This document shows, one piece after another, positions 12,463 through 24,172 of a stretch of 64,000 nucleotides of DNA. This DNA is from Eledone cirrhosa (lineage: Eukaryota). Each line of letters begins with the position of its first letter. Within the stretch, counting starts at the first letter, position 1. Both the position numbers and the translations under genes were made by a program. Location of the stretch: positions 338,768,001-338,832,000 of the forward strand of contig OZ024743.1 in NCBI GenBank assembly GCA_964016885.1, in the 5' to 3' direction. The notes beneath the pieces were generated by a model. It did no database searches, was not told the DNA's origin, and saw only the letters and a list, made by a program, of their open reading frames with translations.

Positions 12463-14190
12463 AATGAAATATTATGTATAGTGCCCAGGTGCACCACAAC
12501 TCATCAAAAAGTGCATGTCCAGTACATAGGGCAATGCACAAACATCAGGAAAATGAACAGTGCACAAGTCATGATACACACGTGTGCATGTGTATGGAAG
12601 GGGTACATCAGGTGTAGTTTTGGCGTATTTCGGGAAGCATGAGTGTCTTAAAGGATGCAGTGTCTCGGCAGCTAACAACTGACACAGGCAGTTTGTTCCA
12701 TGCTTCAGCAACTCTGAGCGTGAAAAAATGTCTACGAAAGTCATGGGAGCTGTGCTGTTTTCTGATTTTATAGACATGTCCACGTGTGTTAGACACATGG
12801 AGATCAAAAAGGTGCTCAGGGTTGCAATTGGCGAGATGGTTAATAACTTTGTGGGTATTTACCAAGTCCATTGCCAGACGTCGGAGCTTCAATGAATCCA
12901 TGCCCAGGGAAGCAAAGCATTCAGAGTATGGTAGGTGTCTGATGGAGGGTATGCGCTTGGTTGCACGTCACTGAACAGTTTCCAGGAGATCAATGTTCTG
13001 AGCAAGATAGGGGTTCCAGACTGATGATACGAATTCCAAGTGTGGTCGTACCATAGCTGTATACAGTTTTAAATAGATGGCTTGAGAGCGGCTAACAAAG
13101 GTCTTGCTGAGTGATGCCAAGACACCCTCGGCCTTCTTGACAATCTTAGAGACATGCTTTGTCCAACGCAAATCGCTGCTGACAGTAATGCCCAGGTCAC
13201 GTTCACAAGAGGACTTCTTAATATCAGTGTTATGGAGGGAGTATGTGGACGCTGGATTTTTCCTCCCAAAATGCATGGTGGTACACTTGTCCACAGCCAG
13301 CTTCAGTTGCCAGTCTGTGATCCATTGCTGCATTGTGTCCAGGTCTGATTGTAGGAAAGAGTTGTAAATTTCAGGATCAGTCCTTTTGATTTCAAGGTAC
13401 AGCTTGATGTCATCTGCATATTTCAGTACCGTGGCATTCTGTAAGTTGGCATCTATGTCATTAATATATGCCACAAACAAAAGGGGACTAAGAACAGATC
13501 CCTGTGGTACACCAGATGACATCTCATATGGTGAAGAATGCTGTCCTAGAACCGTGACTACTTCTTTTCGGCTGAGAATGAAGGATTTCAACCAGTCGAA
13601 AAGATCATCCCTCACACCCATTGCAGAGAGTTTTGCTATAAGTCTTTTGTGTGGCACAGAATTAAAAGCCTTAGCAAAGTCAAGGTAAACAACATCCACC
13701 CATGAGCCGCTGTCAGTGATCCGGGTGATGTCTTCAAGGAACTCGATAAGCTGATCACAGCAGCTGGAGTTAGGGATAAATCCAAACTGTGAGGGCCGGA
13801 TGAGGCTGTGAGAGCTCCAGAAGTTCCAAAGTGTTTCTCTGACACAGGATTCCATCAGTTTGGCCATACAGCTAGTAAGACTGACTGGACGATAGTTGAC
13901 AGGTGACATGCGGTTGCCCTTTTTGAACAGGGGAATGACACTGGCAGTTTTCCACTGCTCCGGAGTAGCACCATTGTTGAGACAGTATTGAAAGAAGAAA
14001 GAAAGCTGGCGCAAAAGGAAATACCCGCCACGCTTGAGAAGCAGGTATGTAACACCATCAAGACCAGGGGAGGCATAGTTGCGCTTATTCTTAAGGTGAC
14101 GTCACAACATTGCAGGTGTAAATTCCATAGTTGTTATTGAATTTGATGTTAGAGATGGTGGAGATGGTACATTCTGGTTTTCAACAGTAA
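12463..14190 (-). mobile_element. CR1-type LINE, 5'-truncated RT
   Basis: NYRPVSLTS, YLDFAKAF, SGVPQGSVL, KYADD, ERDLG, VRPHLE, NTRGH..K, FFTLRVAEAWNKLP. Confidence 0.9.
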
Positions 14191-14208
14191 AAAATATATA
14201 TATATATG

Positions 14209-14266
14209 TTATCTGATGAAAGCACACCATAATTTAACTTGGTGTCCTTTGAAATATGTATAATGA
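14209..14266 (+). ncRNA. Hammerhead ribozyme-like motif (weak stem I)
   Basis: CTGATGA 14213-14219, stem II acacca/tggtgt, GAAA 14251-14254, then AATAAA. Confidence 0.45.
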
Positions 14267-14397
14267 AATAAATATGGTTTTATAAATATAGTTTCCATTT
14301 GTTAATATCGTATTTTTACTCCAAATATTTGTTGAGTGCTTTATATCAGTTATAAAAATATTTGCTTGTTGTATCCCAACAATTTAAATAGAACTCT

Positions 14398-14550
<153 letters not shown>

Positions 14551-14846
14551 ATGTATGTATTTATATATATATATATGTTGTTATATTTGGGGAGGGTAGT
14601 ATTGTTATAATATTGTGCCAGAAATAATAATTGTTTCTACTTTAGGCACAAGGCCAGCAATTACCCAGCGCATTACTGGTGCTTTATTTTATCGACCCTG
14701 TAAGGATGAAAGCAAAGTTAACATAATAATAGAACCAGACAGTGAATGTGTTCTATTATTATTTCTGGCACAATATTATGACCCTCCCCAAATATAACAA
14801 TATTTCTTTCAGCACACGATTTCATAACAAAAACCTTGCGAAAGAA

Positions 14847-14974
<128 letters not shown>

Positions 14975-15007
14975 ATGTGTGTGTGTGTATGTATGTATGT
15001 GTGTGTC

Positions 15008-15050
<43 letters not shown>

Positions 15051-15091
15051 GCACATATATATACATATATATATATATGTGTGTGTGTGTA

Positions 15092-15121
<30 letters not shown>

Positions 15122-15122
<1 letters not shown>

Positions 15123-15703
15123 TGTTATACTTTGGGAGGGTCATGTTGCCAATAAGAAACACACGCACCAGTTGCTTTCACTTCAATTTATTATAATAAA
15201 TTTATAAATTTCCGGTTGGTTGGTTGGTTCCACAACCAGATGATTGTTTATATATTGTCAAAGTTCTTTCGTCACACATTCTGTGACCTCTTCAGTGACT
15301 GGGGATTCTTTTCTTTGTTTTTCTGCCTCTCCTTTGTTCTGTCCTACGCCATCTTGTTTGTGTGTGTGTTGTGTGCTTAGTTTGCGCATGTGTTACATCC
15401 GGGTGTCTGTGTGTGTTTATATTTGTTTATTTATTTGTTTATTTACATGTTACTGGTTGATTGTTTGTTCTATGTGCGTGTGTGTTTTCATTTTGTCCTT
15501 AATTGTAAGTTGTGATGTTGCTGTTCCATTCATGTTTTCTATTTAATATTGGTTGGAGTTCATTTATGTTTATTGCCTCTGTGATTTGTCTAAACATTGC
15601 GTCTTTTCTGTGTGTAGATTCTATTTTTATTTCTATGTTCTCTAATTTACCCTTATGTTCTATTTTAGCATGTTGGTGGAGTATTGATGATGCTTTACTA
15701 TCT
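15122..15703 (-). mobile_element. Penelope-like 3' fragment (GIY-YIG C-terminus + pLTR)
   Basis: Minus strand reads SILHQHAKIEHKGKLENIEIKIESTHRKDAMFRQITEAININELQPILNRKHEW, homologous to the C-terminus of the 24880-26049 ORF. Confidence 0.8.
15257..15299 (-). ncRNA. Type I hammerhead ribozyme in PLE pLTR
   Basis: gtca-CTGAAGA-g-gtcaca/tgtgac-GAAA-gaac-TT-tgac. Confidence 0.7.
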
Positions 15704-15704
15704 T

Positions 15705-15997
15705 AACAACAATACGGCACAATTATTTCACCTCAATTGGCCCTGATCTCTTTAACATTACACCAAAACAAATTAAAACAGAAACAGACCCCATCAAGTT
15801 CAAGAAGTCTTTGAACAAATTCTTTCAAGAAATTCCGGATAAACCTCCTACACCCGGATATGTCTCCGTAAACAATAACTCTCTGCTTAAGTGGGCCATG
15901 GTGTCCAAATCCTGACTTAAAAGACTTCGCCAGGTGGTGATATTAAGTTAGCCATGGCCTGCGCCAATACTGGCCGAAACCTATCAAAGTTATCAAA
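15705..15997 (+). mobile_element. CR1/L2-group LINE 3' fragment
   Basis: HNYFTSIGPDLFNITPKQIK...FKKSLNKFFQEIPDKP..PGY...NNSLLKW; tail of ATCAAA-like repeats. Confidence 0.7.
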
Positions 15998-16422
15998 TGA
16001 TTGCCAACAGTATGAAACAGATCTGTCATCTTATCTCCCTTTGTTTGTTGAAAAAAAGAAGTAGGTGACATAGTCACTACCTTAAGATAATAGCGCGAGG
16101 TCTTCAAAATCTTTTTAATTAAGCATACAGTATATTGCCAAATAAACTATATATACATTCATGTATATGAGCACCAATTCTAATTTTCAATTTTTGCTGA
16201 ACCGGCAATCGCTCTGTATAATCTGTTCCTGATTATTACTGGAATTCTATAAGAATCCAACATCTATAATTTTCAACAAGAATCGGCGAGTGTTAAGTTC
16301 TGATGATTACCAACAGTATAAAACAGATCTGTCAGCCTATCTCCTTTTGTTTGTTGAAAAAAAGAAGTAAGTGACATAGTCACTACTTTAAAATAATAGC
16401 GCAAGGTCTTCAAAATGTTTTT
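15997..16422 (+). repeat. 306-bp-period direct repeat whose repeated block carries a degenerate hammerhead
   Basis: ~125-bp block repeated at ~15997 and ~16303; CTGATGA...(G/A)AAA-CAGATCTG-TC. Confidence 0.7.
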
Positions 16423-16448
16423 ATATATATAATAAGTAAGTCAAATAT

Positions 16449-16701
16449 GTAAAATTTGGCTTCGTTTATTATAAATTATAAATTTACTGCTATATATATT
16501 TCGGTGACAACCATAATTGGCTGTGACTTCCTCAAGCAGTCCGAATTGGTGTGGAAAAGACAGGTACACCTCAACAACATCTGTACTTGTCTTTTCCACA
16601 CCAATTTGGACTGCCTGAGGAGGTCACAGCCAATGATGGCTGTCACCGAAATATATATAGAAGTAAATTTATAATTTATAATAAACGAAGCTAAATTTTA
16701 C
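16449..16701. repeat. ~250-bp palindrome with two outward-facing hammerheads
   Basis: Arms ~120 bp; hammerhead - 16486-16540 and + 16610-16664. Confidence 0.85.
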
Positions 16702-16797
16702 GTATTACATTACTCCGGAGTAAACAAACCAACCTACGTACTTCGTAGAGTGCTCCAATCTGCATATTGAGGTATCGGTAAACAACCAACATATACT

Positions 16798-16828
<31 letters not shown>

Positions 16829-16925
16829 CTGTATATATATATACATGCGCGCGTGTATGTGTATTTAATTGGCGAAAATATGTTACTTTGGTAATGGATT
16901 GGTTACCCGATGGATTTGTTCATTT

Positions 16926-16939
16926 GTAGTAGTAGTAGT

Positions 16940-17020
<81 letters not shown>
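16926..17020. repeat. (TAG)n(CAG)n compound microsatellite
   Basis: Direct inspection. Confidence 0.95.
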
Positions 17021-17021
<1 letters not shown>

Positions 17022-17489
17022 ATGAAATGCGAAGTTGATCAGTGACTAACTTGTTGGGTGAATAATGGTAAGTGAAGTCTGTCTTAGTGAGTTGAGAGAA
17101 GTTTTGCCATGTACGAGGAAACAAGAAGTTGTTATATTAGTCGTGTTGCTACAATAAGAACTTTTTCCATCACAAAGTTCGTGGACTAAAAAAATTACGT
17201 TCAACATTATTGCCATAATTATTGACGACTCGGGCGCTAATATTTAGAGTTGTTTCCCTTGTTGATAAATTAAGAGTTATGTCCCTTAGCAAAAAATATT
17301 TTTCTTATATGATCGTTTCGAAAGCTGCTAGAGATAACAGCCACTAAAATTATTTTAAGTTAGAACTGAGATCTTCGTTACATATATTAAGGGGCTTTTA
17401 AATAGACTTAGGGAGTTGTCCGAGGAATGAGAATTAATATCAAATTATATAAATTTTGATTGTTTTTTTGTTCGCTAATCCTATGAAGG

Positions 17490-17646
17490 TTGGTAGTTAG
17501 AGTTTTGGTGAGTTCGATTCTCGAGCCGGTGTGTCCTTGCGAATAATACTTTATTTACGCTGCTCTAGTTCAATTAGCTTCAAAAGATGAGGTGCCAAGT
17601 TATATCGGTCTTTGCCTTTCAATTGAACAACAACATGTGTGTGTGA

Positions 17647-17678
<32 letters not shown>

Positions 17679-17765
17679 TGAATCACCAGTCTGACAAGCA
17701 GATTGATACCGGAGTCTGGCCCATAACTTCCATGGGTAACCTTGAGCCAAATCTCTGCGAAACGC
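17490..17765 (+). mobile_element. Degenerate tRNA-derived SINE
   Basis: B-box-like GAGTTCGATTC, then GTGTCCTTG..ACTTTATT..GCTCTAGT; related copy on - at ~52605-52700. Confidence 0.55.
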
Positions 17766-17897
17766 ACGTAACAGGTCGATACACAGTAAAAACATAAATA
17801 CATGTAAATAAAACTTCAACGTTTCCTTTTTTTATTATATACACTCTGCCTGTACATATTCATATTGGTACAACCAGCACTAATTCACTGAATTACA

Positions 17898-18406
<509 letters not shown>

Positions 18407-18718
18407 TAAATATCTTAAAGTCGTTTGGAAGCCTCGACAATGCAAATGGGTAAATCTCCGGGTAACAAGATCCGGTGGTGGAGAGAGAGATGTAAGTGGG
18501 TGTACGTTGATTTGCGTGGCGTGTATAAGACGTGTAGAGGAATGAAGGAAAGAGTATAAAGGATAAAATAAAAATAACAACACGAGAGAGAGTTACCTTG
18601 GGAGAGATTTAATTGTCCCTATATATTTCGGAGATTTACCCATTTGCATTGTAAAGGCTTCCAAACGACTTTAAGATATTTACCTATTATTCCACAATGC
18701 TTCAAGCAAACTTCAATA

Positions 18719-18787
<69 letters not shown>

Positions 18788-18791
<4 letters not shown>

Positions 18792-20049
18792 TGGCTGCCA
18801 ACTCGTTTTCGAGTACGGCCACTACTTTATATCCATGTAGGAGAACCCCTACCGATGCGCTGAACGAGTGTGACTTTTTAGTCCAGCCAGCGACTTGAAA
18901 ACTCTGGTAGAAACACTACACTTGTGACAATTATTGACACATAGTGCTGGGCCCATGGTACCATGTGACGTCAAGTGCAGAGAGATCTCCAGATACAAAG
19001 CAATGCCTGTGCCGTGAAACTTTTATAGTGAGCAAAGGCACTGCACAAAGCCAGTCCCACTCTCTTAACCAAGGTGATATTTACCAAAAAGAAGAACAAG
19101 TCAACATCATTGGATACCATCAGGGTTTCAGGTGTTATATCAGAGTTTTCCTTCTCCTAGAATTCTGCCTTGACAAAGGCTAAGGGGTCATCTCTCCCGG
19201 TGATTTTGGATGGCCATTGACTCTTAAGAGCTCCTTTGCCCTTCGACAGGTTTTGTTTTTAGTCCTGCAGGATGTCCAAAGTCACCCTCCTCACCAAGAA
19301 ATCTTGGTGGGGTTGCCAATTTAGTCGCCAACGACCCGACCATGAGACAAGTTGTACTGGGATACATGTTACCAGTAGCACATATATATATACATACATA
19401 CACACATAAATACATGCACATATATACATACTTACATGGTGGCTGCCAACTCGTTTTCGAGTACGGCCACTACTTTATATCCATGTAGGAGAACCCCTAC
19501 CGAAGCGCTGAACGAGTGTGACTTTATAGTCCAGCCAGCGACTTGAAAACTCTGGTAGAAACACTACACTTGTGACAATTATTGACACATAGTGCTGGGC
19601 CCATGGTACCATGTGAGGACAAGTGCAGAGAGATCTCCAGATATAAAGCAATGCCTGTGCCGTGAAGCTTTTATAGTGAGCAAAGGCACTGCACAAAGCC
19701 AGTCCCACTCTCTTAACCAAGATGATATTTACCAAAAAGAAGAACAAGTCAACATCATTGGATACCATCAGGGTTGCAGGTGTTATATCAGAGTTTTCCT
19801 TCTCCTAGAATTCTGCCTTGACAAAGGCTAAGGGGTCATCTCTCCCGGTGATTTTGGATGGCCATTGACTCTTAAGAGCTCCTTTGCCCTTTGACAGGTT
19901 TTGTTTTTAGTCCTGCAGGATGTCGAAAGTCACCCTCCTCACCAAGAAACCTTGGTGGGGTTGCCAGTTTAGTCGCCAACGACCCAACCATGAGACAGGT
20001 TGTACTGGGATACATGTTACCAGTAGCACCAACTGGTGACCTGACATAC

Positions 20050-20082
<33 letters not shown>

Positions 20083-20811
20083 CACATACATACATACATA
20101 CATACATACATACATACACATATACATACATATATCTATACATACATACATATATATATACATACATATGTACATACATACATGTATATATATACACATG
20201 GTGGCTGCCAACTCGTTTTCGAGTACGGACACTACTTTATATCCATGTAGGAGAAACCCTACCGAAGCGCTGAACGAGTGTGACTTTATAGTCCAGCCAG
20301 CGACTTGAAAACTCTGGTAGAAACACTACACTTGTGACAATTATTGACACATAGTGCTGGGCCCATGGTACCATGTGAGGACAAGTGCAGAGAGATCTCC
20401 AGATATAAAGCAATGCCTGTGCCGTGAAGCTTTTATAGTGAGCAAAGGCACTGCACAAAGCCAGTCCCACTCTCTTAACCAAGATGATATTTACCAAAAA
20501 GAAGAACAAGTCAACATCATTGGATACCATCAGGGTTGCAGGTGTTATATCAGAGTTTTCCTTCTCCTAGAATTCTGCCTTGACAAAGGCTAAGGGGTCA
20601 TCTCTCCCGGTGATTTTGGATGGCCATTGACTCTTAAGAGCTCCTTTGCCCTTTGACAGGTTTTGTTTTTAGTCCTGCAGGATGTCGAAAGTCACCCTCC
20701 TCACCAAGAAACCTTGGTGGGGTTGCCAGTTTAGTCGCCAACGACCCAACCATGAGACAGGTTGTACTGGGATACATGTTACCAGTAGCACCAACTGGTG
20801 ACCTGACATAC

Positions 20812-20848
<37 letters not shown>

Positions 20849-21568
20849 CACATACATACATACATACATACATACATACACATATACATACATATATCTA
20901 TACATACATACATATATATATACATACATATGTACATACATACATGTATATATATACACATGGTGGCTGCCAACTCGTTTTCGAGTACGGACACTACTTT
21001 ATATCCATGTAGGAGAAACCCTACCGATGCGCTGAACGAGTGTGACTTTTTAGTCCAACCTGCTACATGAAAACTCTGGTACAAACACTACACTTTGTGA
21101 CAATTATTGACACATAGTGCTGGGCCCATGGTACCATGTGAGGACAAGTGCAGAGAGATCTCCAGATATAAAGCAATGCATGTGCCGTGAAGCTTTTATA
21201 GTGAGCAAAGGCACTGCACAAAGCCAGTCCCACTCTCTTAACCAAGATGATATTTACCAAAAAGAAGAACAAGTCAACATCATTGGCTACCATCAGGGAT
21301 GCAGGTGTTATATCAGAGTTTTCCTTCTAGAATTCTGCCTTGACAAAGGCTAAGGGGTCATCTCTCCCGGTCATATGTCAGGTCACCAGTTAGTGCTACT
21401 AGTTACATGTATCCCAGTACAACCTGTCCCATGGTCGGGTCGTTGGCGACTAAACTGGCAACCCATCAAGGTTTCTTGGTGATGAGGGTGACTTTGGACA
21501 TCCTGCAGAACTAAAAACAAAACCTGTCAAAGGGCAAAGGAGCTCTTAAGAGTCAATGGCCATCCAAA

Positions 21569-21570
<2 letters not shown>
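18788..21570. repeat. Tandem array of a 648-762 bp unit (4 copies); last copy has its ~200-bp 3' module inverted
   Basis: Units start ATGGTGGCTGCC at 18788, 19436, 20198, 20960; 21372-21570 is the reverse complement of the module; diverged copy at 34898-35520. Confidence 0.92.
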
Positions 21571-21650
<80 letters not shown>

Positions 21651-21835
21651 GGCTTCTACAGGACTAGAACTGCTATGTATTGAGTACCTTATGTACTGTG
21701 GTTACTCCCGATTGAACCCGGGATAAACGTATATATATATATACATATGTGTGTGTGTGTGTGTAAATGAAGTAATTGCATCGGAAAGGTCCAGGAAAAA
21801 AGAGTGCTCTATGTAGGTTACAGAGCTTATTAATT

Positions 21836-22021
21836 ATGTAATAAACAACATAAGATAATTATTTCATTTACCAGTGGTTTCTTGAAAGCAAACAAAATTG
21901 CTTTCAGTCATCAGAATGAAAAAATCCAGGATTTTTTCATTCTGATGACTGAAAGCAAATTTTGTTTGCTTTCAAGAAACCACTGGTAAATGAATTAATT
22001 ATCTCATGTTGTTTATTACAT
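21836..22021. repeat. ~186-bp palindrome with two outward-facing hammerheads
   Basis: Centre TCC-A-GGA at 21928; hammerhead + 21936-21994 and - 21863-21920. Confidence 0.88.
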
Positions 22022-22026
22022 GACTA

Positions 22027-22099
<73 letters not shown>

Positions 22100-22107
22100 G
22101 GGGGTGA

Positions 22108-22145
<38 letters not shown>

Positions 22146-22146
22146 A

Positions 22147-22213
<67 letters not shown>

Positions 22214-22272
22214 AGTAAGAATATTTTCGAAACAGCGAGTGGATTTGAAATTATTAGAAATGTTAGCTATCG

Positions 22273-22476
22273 CCGTATTTTGACTAAAGAAATTAAAGAA
22301 ATTATTTAGCCTGATAGTGGGGTTAAGAACCCTCGGAGAAATGGAGAAAGATGAGTATTGACGTACATGACTCAATACATATTGACGTCAATACTCATCT
22401 TTCTCCATTTCTCCGAGGGTTCTTAACCCCACTATCAGGCTAAATAATTTCTTTAATTTCTTTAGTCAAAATACGG
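22273..22476. repeat. Long inverted repeat (~92-bp arms)
   Basis: CCGTATTTTGACTAAAG...GACGT / ACGTC...CTTTAGTCAAAATACGG. Confidence 0.9.
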
Positions 22477-22791
22477 TCAAAAATAATACAGATACAATAT
22501 AGACACAAACACATATATATAGTTTATCATAAATCTTTCGTTGCACATCTGCAACATCGTCAGTGGTGTTATATCTTTCTCCTGTTGTATTGTATGTCTA
22601 CGCCATTTTTATTCAGTCTGTCTATATATTTATTTATTTATTTGCTTGTTTGTTTATTTTATTTTGTCTTCTTTGCGCATGCGTTTGCGTGTGTGTATAG
22701 TGTTTTGTTGACTAGTGTGTGTTTATGTGCTTGTTGTTATTGTGCTTGTGTATGTATTTATTTATTTATTTATTTTATTTTATTTACTTAT

Positions 22792-24172
22792 TTATACTTC
22801 TCTTAGGTCAGTGTTGTTTGTTTGGGTGTTGTTGTTATTCCATTCATTCTTTCTGTTTAGCCTTGGTCTTCTAATTTCTATTTCACTGGCCTCTCTGATT
22901 TGCCTATCTGCTGGGTCATTTCTATGTTTAGATATTATTCTAATTTCTATGTTGTCTATGTTTCCGTCATGTTGTTGTCTAGCATGTTCGTATAGTACTG
23001 ACCCGTTTTTTCGTCCTTTTAGTTCCTCCCAGTGTTGGTCTATCCGTTCACCTATGCTACGAGCTGTCTCACCTATGTATGTTGTTGTCATGTTTCTGCA
23101 AGTACCCTCTGTACATCTTATGCTATAGACTACGTTTCTAGTTTTACAGTTTATCCGGGGGTTCACCTTACATATGATACATTTCCTATTGGTACAGTGG
23201 GTTTTCTTAAAAGGGTAGGTTTTGCTGATCAGGGATTTTATGGTGATTCCTGGCTTTTCTACTACCTTTACTTTTAAGTGGGTCTTTCTCAGGGCCTTTC
23301 TACACTGGTTAGCTAATTTCCCTCCAGGGGTGGCGTCCACAAACATGACACTCTGGTATCTCTGGTTGTCGTACCATGAGGTGGCTTTCTCTATCTTATG
23401 TCTAGCCCTATCTAAGCTATTCCATGATTTGCTCCTGTATAATGGGCAAATTCCTTTCATGTCCAGTTCTATGAGGGTCTTATACTTTTCCATGGCTCCT
23501 TCGTATACTCTGACTCTCTCTCTTTGGTTGTAGCCAGAGAACTGCATGCGGTTGATGAAGTGTTGGGTGTGTCTTTCCATTTCTGTTGGGTCGCACATGC
23601 GGGACACATTCTTCATCACTCGTACCAAATCTGCGATCAGAATATTAAACTTAGCACTACTGGACATTGCTGAGTTTTTGAGTATCAGGTATTTGGAGGC
23701 CATGGGTTTAGCATAGTGTGAGTGGAGAATTTGGGTTCTCTCGTCTATAGTGTTAATCCAGAGTTCTGTGTCTAATACAGGTAGTCTATTGTTAGGGTGT
23801 TTGGAAGGGAAGTCGATAGTTACAGTTATACTCTGGTGTATGGAAATAGCTATCTGCTGGATGCTTTCCATCGTGCTACGTTCTAAATCAAACTTGTTAG
23901 TGCTCTCTAGTGGGGGTGTTCTTATAACTATATTGATATCGTCTACATAACGAGAGTACATGATAAGGTCTATGGAGCTCTCATTAAGGAGATCTTTAAG
24001 TCTCCTTTCCCACCATACCATGAAAAGGTTGGCAACATCACCAACTATGCTGACGCCGATGGCTGCTCCCTCGTTTTGGGTGTAGATCTTCTCGTTGAAC
24101 TTAAATATGTGGCCCTTTAGGGTTGTTTTGATACTAGCCGCTATTGCATGTGCGACCATTTTTCTTACCTGA
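22792..24172 (-). pseudogene. PLE RT-GIY-YIG ORF, inverted copy with an uninterrupted frame but 5'-truncated
   Basis: 469-aa ORF nearly identical to the + copy. Confidence 0.9.

Noticed and set aside
6385-12575. ~115-bp direct repeats around the Tx1 element as LTRs or TSD
   Set aside because: Too diverged, and the right copy is continuous with the CR1 3' end; they are separate LINE tails
16903-17124. Poly-Leu or poly-Gln/Ser coding repeat
   Set aside because: CAG run is embedded in (TAG)n with no exon context
18859-18915. CTGAACGA...GAAA in the 762-bp unit
   Set aside because: Core spacing is wrong and stems do not form
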